From positions 12,680-76,679 of the forward strand of contig JALOQM010000002.1 of the NCBI GenBank assembly GCA_025453495.1: DNA of 64,000 nucleotides. The letters are read 5' to 3'. The translations under genes and the position numbers were made by a program. Of this stretch, positions 19,681-28,555 are shown piece after piece. Origin of the DNA: Minisyncoccota bacterium (GTDB lineage Bacteria > Patescibacteriota > Minisyncoccia > Phycocordibacterales > UBA9973). Positions within the stretch are counted from its first letter, which is position 1, and every line of letters begins with the position of its first letter. The notes under the pieces were generated by a model that was not told the DNA's origin, did not search any database, and saw only the letters and a list, made by a program, of their open reading frames with translations.

Positions 19681-20748
19681 ATGGCATCAAAAAAGGAGAA
19701 AAAAGAAATCGCACTCTATCGTAAATACCGACCCGAAACATTTGCTGACATGCTGGGACAAGAGCATGTTGTTGCTGCACTCGAAGGCGCTCTTGCCAAA
19801 GGTACTGTCTCGCATGCGTATCTTTTTTCTGGTTCACGCGGTACTGGTAAGACATCTGCGGCACGCATACTTGCACGAGAACTCGGTACTAGCGACAATG
19901 ATGTCTATGAAATAGACGCTGCCTCAAATCGTGGTATTGATGATATTCGTGAGCTTCGAGATGGCGTGCGCACATTGCCCTTTGATTCAAAATACAAAGT
20001 CTATATTATCGACGAAGTGCACATGCTTACAAAAGAAGCTTTCAATGCACTTTTGAAAACCCTGGAAGAACCACCGTCACACGTCATTTTCATCTTGGCG
20101 ACGACTGAGCTTGCTAAGGTGCCAGATACGATTGTCTCGCGTTGTCAGACATTTGTTTTTAAGCGACCACCTGAGCGTATCCTTCGAGAATTCGCTCTCG
20201 ATATCGCCGCGCGTGAAGGATTTACACTTTCGCCTGCTGCCGCGGAACTTATCGCTTTGCTTGGTGATGGGTCATTCCGCGACACGCATGGCATCATCCA
20301 GAAGATTACTAGTATTTCTAAAGACAAGAAGATTGCTGTCGATGAGATTGAGGCGGTTACTGGGGCACCAAGTGCATCGCTTGTACAGAGCTATATTGAC
20401 GCACTTGCGACAAAAGATGCAGGTAAGGGGATAGACGCAGTTCGTCGCGCAGCAGCACTCAATATGGATATGCGGCTTTTTATGAAGCTCGTCTTACAAA
20501 AAATCCGTCAAATACTTCTGTATCGTTTCGCGCCAGATATGCGAGCAGAGCTTTTCGTTGAACTTTCGGATATCGACCAGGTATTTGTCAAAAAGCACGC
20601 TGCCGACACGAGTGGCGCGATTTCTTCAAAGACTATCCTTGGACTCCTTGCTATGGCACGATATGAACGTGATGTCGCCGTCCCAGAACTACCACTAGAG
20701 CTTGCACTTATTGAGAACAGTACGCACAATGAACTCCCAAACGCATAA
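19681..20748 (+). CDS. dnaX: DNA polymerase III subunit gamma/tau, short form
   Basis: AAA+ clamp-loader motifs (YRPETFADMLGQEHV, GSRGTGKTS, SRC). The start at 19681 sits after the terminator. 355 aa. Confidence 0.8.
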   Translation: MASKKEKKEIALYRKYRPETFADMLGQEHVVAALEGALAKGTVSHAYLFSGSRGTGKTSAARILARELGTSDNDVYEIDAASNRGIDDIRELRDGVRTLPFDSKYKVYIIDEVHMLTKEAFNALLKTLEEPPSHVIFILATTELAKVPDTIVSRCQTFVFKRPPERILREFALDIAAREGFTLSPAAAELIALLGDGSFRDTHGIIQKITSISKDKKIAVDEIEAVTGAPSASLVQSYIDALATKDAGKGIDAVRRAAALNMDMRLFMKLVLQKIRQILLYRFAPDMRAELFVELSDIDQVFVKKHAADTSGAISSKTILGLLAMARYERDVAVPELPLELALIENSTHNELPNA

Positions 20749-21409
20749 ACTTATCTTTTTTGATCTTGATGGGACGCTCATTTCTGCCAATAGTTGGCAG
20801 TTATCAAATAGTGCTTTTGGTTTGACAGAAAATGAGGATGCTACATTTTTTGATTTATATCATCGCAGCATTATTACCTACAAAGAATGGATTGATCTTA
20901 TTGCAAGAATTCTTCGGGAGCGGAAACTCTGTAATAAGGACACATTTACTGCGTTCACTGAAAGACTCACGCCCCGACCAGAAGCTGCCACACTTATTGA
21001 AACATTGCGAACTATGGGATACACCACAGTCCTTCTTTCTGGCGCATTGCGACAATCTGCTGAAGCAGTAGGTAAAAAGGTTGGTATTGATCATGTATAT
21101 ACAACAACAGCACTTGTCTTTGCTGATGATGGATATGTCTCATCGATCGAGCTACACAAGAGTATGGATGCACTGCCGATGCGGACAATTAAAGATGAGG
21201 GACTTGCAAAGCGGTCTATTTTTGAAGAAGTATGTGCCGTTTTTGGAGTAGCTCCAGAACAGACGATGTATATCGGTGATGGTGGTAATGATATTGAAAT
21301 ATTCAAACAGACCAAAAAAGGCGTTCTTCTTGGTGAGTTCGCTCCACTTAGAGACTTAGCATGGAAAAAAGTGTCAAACCTTACTGATATTATCGGATTA
21401 CTTTCTTGA
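20729..21409 (+). CDS. HAD-superfamily hydrolase (phosphoserine-phosphatase-like)
   Basis: Motif I FFDLDGTL and motif IV GDGGNDIE. Overlaps the dnaX 3' end by 20 nt. Confidence 0.65.
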   Translation: MNSQTHKLIFFDLDGTLISANSWQLSNSAFGLTENEDATFFDLYHRSIITYKEWIDLIARILRERKLCNKDTFTAFTERLTPRPEAATLIETLRTMGYTTVLLSGALRQSAEAVGKKVGIDHVYTTTALVFADDGYVSSIELHKSMDALPMRTIKDEGLAKRSIFEEVCAVFGVAPEQTMYIGDGGNDIEIFKQTKKGVLLGEFAPLRDLAWKKVSNLTDIIGLLS

Positions 21410-21463
21410 TTGCGCACACGCCTTGTACGTAGTATTCTTGAGGCAGTACCAAAAAAGAAAAAC

Positions 21464-21667
21464 ATGAGTACAGTAGCACCAGTATATTTTGCCGATATTG
21501 ACAATATTGAGTTAGTTCGTCAATTTGAGCGCGCGATAGAACTTGCCATCAAAGGAGATGGCAACGGACAAACTCCTTTTGATAAAGAAGCGCTCAGAAA
21601 TGAATTACTTTCTCGCTTGGCGTCTGCGAAGAAAGAACAAGGTCAAGACAAAGGCGAAAGTTTATGA
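21464..21667 (+). CDS. Small hypothetical protein
   Basis: 67-aa ORF starting at the internal Met of track ORF 21410..21667. Confidence 0.3.
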   Translation: MSTVAPVYFADIDNIELVRQFERAIELAIKGDGNGQTPFDKEALRNELLSRLASAKKEQGQDKGESL

Positions 21668-21685
21668 TCTTTTGCTTTACAAGCA

Positions 21686-21712
21686 TAAAAGCCCCTAGTC
21701 GGGGCTTTTTTA
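21686..21712. terminator. Rho-independent terminator (convergent genes)
   Basis: AAAAGCCCC-TAGTC-GGGGCTTTTTT. Confidence 0.7.
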
Positions 21713-21742
21713 ACTTTCTTTTGTTTGCGTGTGATGATTTTG

Positions 21743-22204
21743 CTACGATACGATCTTTTTGCGAAGAGCGGCGATGGCATCAGTCAGTGTCTCAAATTCT
21801 GGAATATGGTATGTTTCAGAGACAATATCGACATTACCTTTTTTCCAGAATCCCTCTGGACACACAATGATAAGTTTTCCTGATCTTGCAAAAAGACCTT
21901 CTTCCATAAGTGAGATAGGAGATTGTGTATCAGGATCGTAGTACATGAGGATATGATCACTCGCTTCAAGCGCGGCAAGCTCCCATGCGACTTGTTCGTG
22001 AAATTCCGGATTGTCTTTGTCTTGTATCCATGAACTATCCCATTCCTCACGTCTTGGATTCAGGATAACGATATCCATATCAGCAAGCGCGCTGACAATC
22101 TCACTTTGCCAGTTCCGTGCCGTACCTACTTCGATACTTCCTGCCAGAAAAATTTTTTTTCTGGCATCATCTGGGATTTTGCCCGGCGCTTTTATTTCTG
22201 TCAT
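21743..22204 (-). CDS. Nucleoside 2-deoxyribosyltransferase-like protein
   Basis: KIFLAGSIEVGTARNWQSE matches the NDT-like (Nuc_deoxyri_tr2) signature. Start moved to MTEIK. Confidence 0.55.
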   Translation of the reverse strand: MTEIKAPGKIPDDARKKIFLAGSIEVGTARNWQSEIVSALADMDIVILNPRREEWDSSWIQDKDNPEFHEQVAWELAALEASDHILMYYDPDTQSPISLMEEGLFARSGKLIIVCPEGFWKKGNVDIVSETYHIPEFETLTDAIAALRKKIVS

Positions 22205-22301
22205 ATATTTTTTTATTATACAACCAGTATTCCTATCTTCGTACATGTAAATTGTTTTTTATCAGCTTTTGGTGTAGGTTTAGTATGTTCTTTTATTCTA
22301 T

Positions 22302-22375
22302 TGCCGGTTCGTCTAATGGTAGGACACCGCCCTTTGGAGGCGGGTATTGGGGTTCGAGTCCCTGACCGGCAGCCA
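22302..22375 (+). tRNA. tRNA-Gln (anticodon UUG) with encoded CCA
   Basis: Acceptor TGCCGGT/ACCGGCA (U1-A72), G73 discriminator, anticodon stem CCGCC/GGCGG with loop CTTTGGA, T-loop TTCGAGT, 3' CCA. Confidence 0.8.
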
Positions 22376-22377
22376 GC

Positions 22378-22540
22378 TTGAGCGCTAGTACGAAGTGCTT
22401 CATTTACGGGACTTTACGAATAAAAAGTTTCGAGTCCAGAGAGGGTCAAAATTCAAGAATTTTTGTCTACAGAGTTTTATCCTTTAATCACGGGCTGTTT
22501 TTCATATTTCAGAAAGTTCGAGTCCTTGAAAGGTGTTTTA
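22378..22540 (+). repeat. Repeat F1: ~165-nt tRNA-Gln 3' flank, duplicated at 24553-24709. Contains the 20-nt arm GTTTCGAGTCCAGAGAGGGTC.
   Basis: ~85% identical to 24553-24709 by eye. Holds two further TTCGAGTCC motifs. Confidence 0.7.
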
Positions 22541-22579
22541 TAAGAATTAAATACTAAAAGAGTATGATATAGTTTCTGT

Positions 22580-23623
22580 ATGTTAAAAGCTAAACCGCTT
22601 TATTCTGCCTCGGAAATTCAATCTTCAATCAAAGAAAGGATGCGTCTGTATAGAGTACCCGGAGTAAGTATTTCGTTTATGGACAATGGAAAGCAGACTG
22701 ATGTGGTATATGGGTTTGCCAATCTTAATAAAAAAGAGAAGATGACTGCCTCACATATTTTTCAGGCAGCATCAATCAGTAAACCTATTACCGCATTAGG
22801 GATCGTTATGCTCCATAATTCTCAGTTGATAGACATATATCAACCAGTTAATACTTACCTAAGAAGTTGGAAGTTAAAAACAAAGAAGGGAACACTTTCG
22901 GAAGCGACCATAATCGAGCTTTTGAGCCATTCGGCAGGCATTTCCATTGATGGCTTTTCTGGGTACGAACAAGGAAAGAAATTACCAAAGGAAATAACAA
23001 CTATTCTCGATGGCACATATCCATCAAATACTCCGACAATTATCGAAAACTTTAAGAGGGGTGAATTCCTATATTCAGGGGGAGGTTTTACTGTACTTCA
23101 GAAATTAGTAGAGGAGGTTACGGGTAAGAATTTTTGCGATTTTATGATGAAAGCTGTCTTAATTCCATTCGGTATGAAAAATTCTTTTTACAGCCGTGAT
23201 GCGGTTCGGCGGAAGAAAATTGCAACAGGGTATTGGAGTGAAACTGATCCTGTTGCAAGGGGCTATCATCTTTATCCAGAACTTGCGGCTGCTGGGTTGT
23301 GGACAAATCCATCAGATTTGATGATGCTTATTAAAACTATAAATAAATTATTGAAAAAGAAATCCCTCAATATAGATTTATTATTCAAGCCGATAAAAAA
23401 AGCCCGGCGCGATGCTGTCGGCCTCGGTTTTTTTCTTAATATGGTGGGCAAAGAGGTTGTTGCTGGGCACGATGGTGCAAACGCGGGTTTTAGGAGCAAA
23501 TTCCGCTTCATTGTCGGCAAAAATAAAGCTATTGCAGTCATGACGAACTCAGACGAGGGTTTCCGTTTTATAGATGAGATTGTGTCTGCTTCTGATAAGC
23601 GCTTTGCTAAAACTATTGAATAA
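22580..23623 (+). CDS. Beta-lactamase-family serine hydrolase (PF00144-like, class C-type fold)
   Basis: SxxK motif ASISKP, HSAGIS and YSGGGF...VTGKNF segments, and C-terminal GHDGANAGFRS...VMTNSDEG typical of PF00144. 347 aa. Confidence 0.7.
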   Translation: MLKAKPLYSASEIQSSIKERMRLYRVPGVSISFMDNGKQTDVVYGFANLNKKEKMTASHIFQAASISKPITALGIVMLHNSQLIDIYQPVNTYLRSWKLKTKKGTLSEATIIELLSHSAGISIDGFSGYEQGKKLPKEITTILDGTYPSNTPTIIENFKRGEFLYSGGGFTVLQKLVEEVTGKNFCDFMMKAVLIPFGMKNSFYSRDAVRRKKIATGYWSETDPVARGYHLYPELAAAGLWTNPSDLMMLIKTINKLLKKKSLNIDLLFKPIKKARRDAVGLGFFLNMVGKEVVAGHDGANAGFRSKFRFIVGKNKAIAVMTNSDEGFRFIDEIVSASDKRFAKTIE

Positions 23624-23626
23624 TTC

Positions 23627-24439
23627 ATGGATATAGGTCAAATGCAAAAAATCATAACCTCAGTCGGAGTTGATACATCGGTCTATGTAGAGGATTTTGC
23701 AACTGGCGAAATATTTGATTACAAATCTCAGGAAGTTATGGCTTCTGCAAGTTTGAGAAAAGTTTCCATTCTGATGTCGATGCTTCATCTTATTTCAAAA
23801 GGCATATATGATCTTACTCAGCCTTTTGAAATAGAAAAAGAATATCAAGATAACGATTCTGGAGTATTCCAATTTTTAAAACCCGGCTTCCGCATAATCC
23901 TACAAGACGCTCTAATGATGATGATCGTCATCAGTGATAACACTTGTACTGGAAAAATATGGGACATGATCGGAGCAGAAATGCTTAATGGATATTGTAT
24001 GCATATTGGACTATTGCAAACCGTACATGCCGCTTCACGATCTTCTGAAGAAAATAAGACCTCAGCTTTTGAAGTGTCATATCTGCTTAAAAAGATTCTT
24101 TTAGGTTGCACAAATGAAAATGAAGCTCGGAATCTAGGGGTCACGAAAGAACTTTGCCAAATTGCCTTATCTATTTTAAAGAATCAGCAATTGACTAATG
24201 GACTAAGGGATTTATTGCCCAGAAGCGCAAATGTTGCAAGTAAAACAGGTATGATAGATGGTTATTTCCATGAAGCAGGTATAGTATTCTCAAAAACATT
24301 TACTCCATTAGGCGTTTTGTGTGTTATGACCAAAAATGTGCCACAAACTATAAATGGCGTCCCTGACCATACTGCAATACGAAAATTGATTTCCCGATTG
24401 ACCTTTGAAGGATTAGAGAAGTATGTAGATCAGTTATAA
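23627..24439 (+). CDS. Class A beta-lactamase-family protein
   Basis: SxxK (SLRK), SDN (VISDNTCTG) and KTG (ASKTGMIDG) motifs in class-A order. 270 aa. Confidence 0.6.
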   Translation: MDIGQMQKIITSVGVDTSVYVEDFATGEIFDYKSQEVMASASLRKVSILMSMLHLISKGIYDLTQPFEIEKEYQDNDSGVFQFLKPGFRIILQDALMMMIVISDNTCTGKIWDMIGAEMLNGYCMHIGLLQTVHAASRSSEENKTSAFEVSYLLKKILLGCTNENEARNLGVTKELCQIALSILKNQQLTNGLRDLLPRSANVASKTGMIDGYFHEAGIVFSKTFTPLGVLCVMTKNVPQTINGVPDHTAIRKLISRLTFEGLEKYVDQL

Positions 24440-24444
24440 GACAG

Positions 24445-24709
24445 ACCCTCTCGAGCCGCGAACTCATTTTAATGAAAATTCAAATGAAAAAGTGATGATT
24501 TAAAGGGATAAAATGAAATCGGTTCGAGTCGCAGAGAGGCAGCCAGTTTGAGTGCTAGTACGAAGTGCTTCATTTACGGGACTTTACGAATAAAAAGTTT
24601 CGAGTCCAGAAAGGGTCGAATTTTATAAATTTTCACTCATAGAGTTTTGACCTTTATTGACGGAACATTTTTCATACTTCAGAAATTCGAGTCCATGATC
24701 GGTCTTTTA
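24445..24709 (+). repeat. Repeat E2: inverted arm GACCCTCTCGAG..GAAC, A-rich spacer, tRNA-Gln-3'-like core GGTTCGAGTCGCAGAGAGGCAGCCAGTTTGAG, then a copy of flank F
   Basis: Direct repeat of the tRNA T-loop-to-CCA region plus the downstream flank. Inverted 20-nt arms face each other across the cassette. Confidence 0.7.
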
Positions 24710-24753
24710 GATAATAAAAAACACCCTTGATACTATCTCAGGTGTTTTATTCC

Positions 24754-25125
24754 TCATGCGTTTTTGCAAAAGGAAATTGCGTACCTCCAGCCATGGTCAG
24801 TTGGAACGAATCGAGCTATAGGCGATGGATGTGCTTTATTATTGCAGAAATGCGGATCAATTGATTTGAGCTTTTTGATCGTACTTATACTGATATCCTC
24901 AAATACAAGTATCTTCTGTCCTTCGAAATTGTGACAGTCAGGATAATGTATTCGCACAATGGTAAAACGTCCCACTGTTTGATGTTTCAAGATTTCGAAC
25001 TTATTCGGATTGGGATTCCCAACTGAAAAAGTTTTTTTCTTGCGTCTTACGAAATTCTTTTCTTGGTTCTGTTGATTGAAAAAATTATCATGAGAACAAG
25101 TAGAAAATTTTTTGAACATACCCAT
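24754..25125 (-). CDS. Hypothetical protein
   Basis: 123-aa ORF overlapping the upstream ORF by 79 nt in another frame. Confidence 0.3.
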   Translation of the reverse strand: MGMFKKFSTCSHDNFFNQQNQEKNFVRRKKKTFSVGNPNPNKFEILKHQTVGRFTIVRIHYPDCHNFEGQKILVFEDISISTIKKLKSIDPHFCNNKAHPSPIARFVPTDHGWRYAISFCKNA

Positions 25126-25586
25126 ATCATTCTCCTTTCTTTTAGATTAGTTTGAGTAGAACATAAAGACATCCGCCATGGAGGGTCTGGTCCATTACGA
25201 CGTAGATAATCGTTCCGAATGAAGATTGCTTTTGGTCTGAGCTGTTCATCATTCCGCCTCTCCCAATAAGCTTCATCTATACGTAGGCAATTGACCACCT
25301 GTCTATAATCCAATGAGGGACAAATACCCCCCAAGAGGAAAAGGGGTGAGAAATTACCGGCAAACAGTGCAACTGTGGCGGTATACACCAGAACATGTGC
25401 TGTGCACCAGATAATCCCTTTCATTCCTTTTTGATATTTATTGTTAGTCATCGCGGCATTCTGAAAGAAGAAATCACCGATAAGGTCCCCGAAAACGATA
25501 TTGATCATAAGCTTTTCCATGGTTTCTATTTTTAGTGTTAATGAAGTTTCTGAGTCAATAATAGAGCAGTTGCCATACATATTCAA
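25047..25586 (-). CDS. Hypothetical small membrane protein. The true start may be internal (MEKLMINIV...).
   Basis: Hydrophobic segments present. No family recognised. Confidence 0.3.
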   Translation of the reverse strand: MNMYGNCSIIDSETSLTLKIETMEKLMINIVFGDLIGDFFFQNAAMTNNKYQKGMKGIIWCTAHVLVYTATVALFAGNFSPLFLLGGICPSLDYRQVVNCLRIDEAYWERRNDEQLRPKAIFIRNDYLRRNGPDPPWRMSLCSTQTNLKERRMIWVCSKNFLLVLMIIFSINRTKKRIS

Positions 25587-25588
25587 TT

Positions 25589-26377
25589 ATGTATAATAAT
25601 GACTATACAATCATGCCTAAAGAAGAAATACAAAAAATACTTCAAGAAATCGGATTGCCTTCAGCTGAAATTTCTGTATACATCTCTTTGCTTGATGGCT
25701 TAGATTCAGTAAAAGATATAATAAAAACAACAGGAGAAAAGCGTCCTACTGTGTATTATTCTTTAAACTCTCTTGAAAAAAGAGGGTTGGTCTCAAAAAC
25801 AGGAAAGGAGTATGGAAACAAGTTTCAAGTTGAGCCGCTTGATAAGCTTCTGGAGTTGGTCAACAAGAATATACGGAAACAAAATGAGCTTCTGGAGAAG
25901 ACGAAGCGACTGAAGGATTTCTATCCAAAAAATAAACTTAATAACAAGGTCCTCGTTTCGTATTTTGATAACTTGGAATCCATAAAATCAGCAATATTTT
26001 ATAGTTTATACGGCAAAACTAAAACAATCAGAACTATTGTTCCAGCGAATAATTTTTTTCATGATATGGGAAAAGATTTTGTCGAAGAATATGTTAAAGA
26101 AAAGGTAAAACGAAAGATAGGCACTAAGGCATTATGGGAAGATATACCGAATAAAAAAGCAATTGAGAACTTCTATCTCAATTCTCAAATTAAGCAATTG
26201 CCGGTCGCTATGCATAACAGTTTTGAGACAACTATCTTTATCTATGATGACAAGACATTGTATGTTGCACCAAAGAAAGAAAATCATGCCGTCCTCATTC
26301 AATCCAAAGAACATGCAAAGATGATGACCTCAATTTTTGAAAATTTATGGAGTAATGCCATGGAAATAGAAAAATAG
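25589..26377 (+). CDS. TrmB-family transcriptional regulator
   Basis: N-terminal winged HTH (LQEIGLPSAEISVYISLL...PTVYYSLNSLEKRGLV) and a TrmB C-terminal domain. 262 aa. Confidence 0.6.
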   Translation: MYNNDYTIMPKEEIQKILQEIGLPSAEISVYISLLDGLDSVKDIIKTTGEKRPTVYYSLNSLEKRGLVSKTGKEYGNKFQVEPLDKLLELVNKNIRKQNELLEKTKRLKDFYPKNKLNNKVLVSYFDNLESIKSAIFYSLYGKTKTIRTIVPANNFFHDMGKDFVEEYVKEKVKRKIGTKALWEDIPNKKAIENFYLNSQIKQLPVAMHNSFETTIFIYDDKTLYVAPKKENHAVLIQSKEHAKMMTSIFENLWSNAMEIEK

Positions 26378-26388
26378 TTTTATTTTAT

Positions 26389-26520
26389 AACCCTCTCTGG
26401 ACACGAACCTATTTTTAAGAAAACTCAAATCAAAAAGTCCTGATTTTATTGGCTAAAATCAAAGCGGTTCGAGTTGCAGAGAGGCAGCCAGCTTGAGATA
26501 GGTTCTAGTGACCGAAGAGG
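26389..26520 (+). repeat. Repeat E3: third copy of the inverted arm AACCCTCTCTGGACACGAACC, the homologous A-rich spacer, and the core GGTTCGAGTTGCAGAGAGGCAGCCAGCTTGAG
   Basis: Inverted arm 18/20 identical to 24598-24619. Spacer homologous to 24470-24525. Confidence 0.7.
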
Positions 26521-26530
26521 CTAATTGTAT

Positions 26531-26565
26531 TTAGAAAAACAAAAGCCACCTTTTGAGGGTGGCTT
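26531..26565 (-). terminator. Terminator for the minus-strand membrane protein gene
   Basis: AGCCACC-TTTTGAG-GGTGGCT hairpin with a T-run on the minus strand. Confidence 0.6.
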
Positions 26566-26587
26566 CTCGGAATCATATCCCGAAGAA

Positions 26588-27163
26588 TTACTTTTTCTTT
26601 GCTTCCCGAACAATACCGTCGATAGCAACGAGGGCTGAAAGGATCTGGAAGACTGCGATGATCGGAGAATCTGTCTTGAACATCAAGTAGGTGCATACAC
26701 TGTGACCAATGAGGTACAGGATCCATCCGATGATGTTACTCGCTTTCTTGTCGAAAGCCAAGAACAGGGTTCCAAACAGTGAAGTTACTGCAAAGATGAA
26801 TTGTATCACTACCAGTTGTGCAGTTATTACTTGAACTAACAATAAGACACACACAAACACGGTTACAATGAGTACAATCGCCGTAAACAGCACGTTCCAC
26901 TTTTTCAGCAGATCTTTAATCCGGTTACCGTCTTTCGCGCGCGCGATCAGATAACCGTAAGTCATAAGTACAACAAGTGCGACATCGAGCACTACCATGA
27001 TCCAGAGATTTGCTTTGTGTTGCAATTTCATCTGGAGATAGAAGTACAAGGTAATCACAGCTGCACCGATGATTCCATAGAACCATCCGATAGCCTTCTT
27101 TTTGCGAACATAGTATTTGTTCAGAAAGAGAAGTAGTGCGGAGAAAATCTGAAGAACGAGCAT
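26588..27163 (-). CDS. Hypothetical polytopic membrane protein
   Basis: 191 aa with ~6 TM helices. Confidence 0.45.
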   Translation of the reverse strand: MLVLQIFSALLLFLNKYYVRKKKAIGWFYGIIGAAVITLYFYLQMKLQHKANLWIMVVLDVALVVLMTYGYLIARAKDGNRIKDLLKKWNVLFTAIVLIVTVFVCVLLLVQVITAQLVVIQFIFAVTSLFGTLFLAFDKKASNIIGWILYLIGHSVCTYLMFKTDSPIIAVFQILSALVAIDGIVREAKKK

Positions 27164-27186
27164 GTGGCTGGCTTTTTGGTGAGTTT

Positions 27187-27230
27187 CAGTGAATTACTCT
27201 GGGCTCATAAAAGCACAAAGTAATTCACTG
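27187..27230. repeat. 12-bp perfect inverted repeat CAGTGAATTACT / AGTAATTCACTG with a 20-nt loop
   Basis: Seen directly in the sequence, between the membrane gene start and the DUF45 fragment. Confidence 0.5.
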
Positions 27231-27311
27231 AAAAGCCAGGTTTTGAGTTACTTATTCTGCGTATATAATATCAGAAAATAATAAATTTGTCAATAATCTC
27301 AAGTGTGCTAG

Positions 27312-27638
27312 AATATCAACTACAAGGATGCGGCGCAGGCTCTTGCGGAGAAGAAGATTGCGAAGTTTAACAAGGTCTACAAGTTCAAGTTCAACAAGGT
27401 AAGTATCAAGAACCAGAAGACACGTTGGGGCAGCTGTTCGAAGAGGGGAAATCTCAACTTCAACTACAAGATCGCACTCCTCCCTGAGAAGCTTGCTGAG
27501 TATGTTGTAGTGCATGAGCTCTGCCACCTTGGGCAGTTCAATCACTCGCAAAAGTTCTGGAATCTTGTTGCAAAAACAATGCCTGACTATTTGGACATCA
27601 AAGAGGAGCTAAAGAGGAGTGGACTTCGGTTTCATTAG
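27312..27638 (+). pseudogene. 5'-truncated fragment of a YgjP/DUF45-family zinc metallohydrolase (C-terminal ~108 aa only, no start codon)
   Basis: In-frame translation ...TRWGSCSKRGNLNFNYKIALLPEKLAEYVVVHELCHL...FW has an HExxH motif. An in-frame TAG sits immediately upstream and there is no ATG. Local GC looks higher than the neighbours. Confidence 0.55.
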
Positions 27639-27661
27639 GAGTTGATAAGCAAATTACACAT

Positions 27662-28285
27662 TTGAATACTTTTATGAAAATATCAAATAATTACGAGGAT
27701 AATACTCTTATAAAAAATTCGGTCGTTGATCCGAACCTTTATGAAGATGTGTATAAAAAGTACGCAGATAAAGTGTTCAATTATTTCTGGTATCGTACTG
27801 GTCATGATAAGTCTCTTTCAGAAGATTTGATGCAAGAGACATTTCTTAGAGCTTTCGAACGAAGAGAGAAATACAAGGCACAAGGATATTCATATCTGAC
27901 ATATCTCCTTACGATTGCCCACAACCTTCTTGTTGACCATTACCGAAAACCAAAGAGCGTGCCTGTAGAAGGTTTAGATACAGACGCTATTCCTTTTGAA
28001 ATTACGGAAGACATTGAGAAAAAATATGATGCCGAGGCGCTATGGAGAGCTGTCCAAGCTTTACCACAGCAAAACAGGGATACCCTCCTTATGTTCTACC
28101 AAGAAGATATGCCTGTTCGGGATATCGCAAAGGTTATGAACACCAGCGAAAACGCCATAAAGCTCAGCCTGTCGCGCACTCGAAAAAAACTTTCAGAGCA
28201 CCCATATCTTCAAGATATTGCCTTATTTGCGGATACCAAGAGGAAATATACAAAACCTCGATTTTCTGGGAAGAAAGCACCCTAG
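27662..28285 (+). CDS. ECF-type sigma-70 family RNA polymerase sigma factor
   Basis: Region 2 (FLRAFERREKY...LLTIAHNLLVDHYRK) and region 4 (VRDIAKVMNTSENAIKLSLSRTRKKL). 207 aa. Confidence 0.75.
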   Translation: MNTFMKISNNYEDNTLIKNSVVDPNLYEDVYKKYADKVFNYFWYRTGHDKSLSEDLMQETFLRAFERREKYKAQGYSYLTYLLTIAHNLLVDHYRKPKSVPVEGLDTDAIPFEITEDIEKKYDAEALWRAVQALPQQNRDTLLMFYQEDMPVRDIAKVMNTSENAIKLSLSRTRKKLSEHPYLQDIALFADTKRKYTKPRFSGKKAP

Positions 28286-28493
28286 ACACCTTTTGTCGTT
28301 TTCTCCGTTAAATATGGTGTAGACGGAGTGTTCGGCCGTCGCTAAGCAGAATAAAGCTTATATATGACTTTAGTAAGGCATGAATTACATGATGCTTGGC
28401 TGAAGAAATTTATTCGTTCGATTTCTGATGCCACTTAGCATCTCCAAACAATTGAATAGTGTGAGTAGATAATCTCGCGAAAGCGAAAGTCCA

Positions 28494-28555
28494 GAGGACA
28501 AATGTCCTCTACGGCCAAAGAGGTAACCAAAAGGCATCTTTGGTTTTTTGTGAGA
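28494..28555 (+). promoter_or_regulatory. Perfect 18-bp palindrome AGAGGACAAATGTCCTCT followed by a terminator-like hairpin (CCAAAAGGCATCTTTGG + T6) upstream of hsp20
   Basis: Both structures seen directly. Candidate operator plus attenuator, or the 3' end of a small RNA. Confidence 0.3.

Noticed and set aside
24525-24560. Additional functional tRNA genes at the repeat cores
   Set aside because: Only the T-loop-to-acceptor 3' portion is present, and with altered stems. There is no D-arm or anticodon arm, so these are att-like fragments rather than tRNAs.
22302-26520. Integron (intI plus attC) interpretation of the cassette array
   Set aside because: No tyrosine recombinase gene is in or next to the array, and the arm sequences do not fit the canonical GTTRRRY/RYYYAAC cores. 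Kept only as an analogy.
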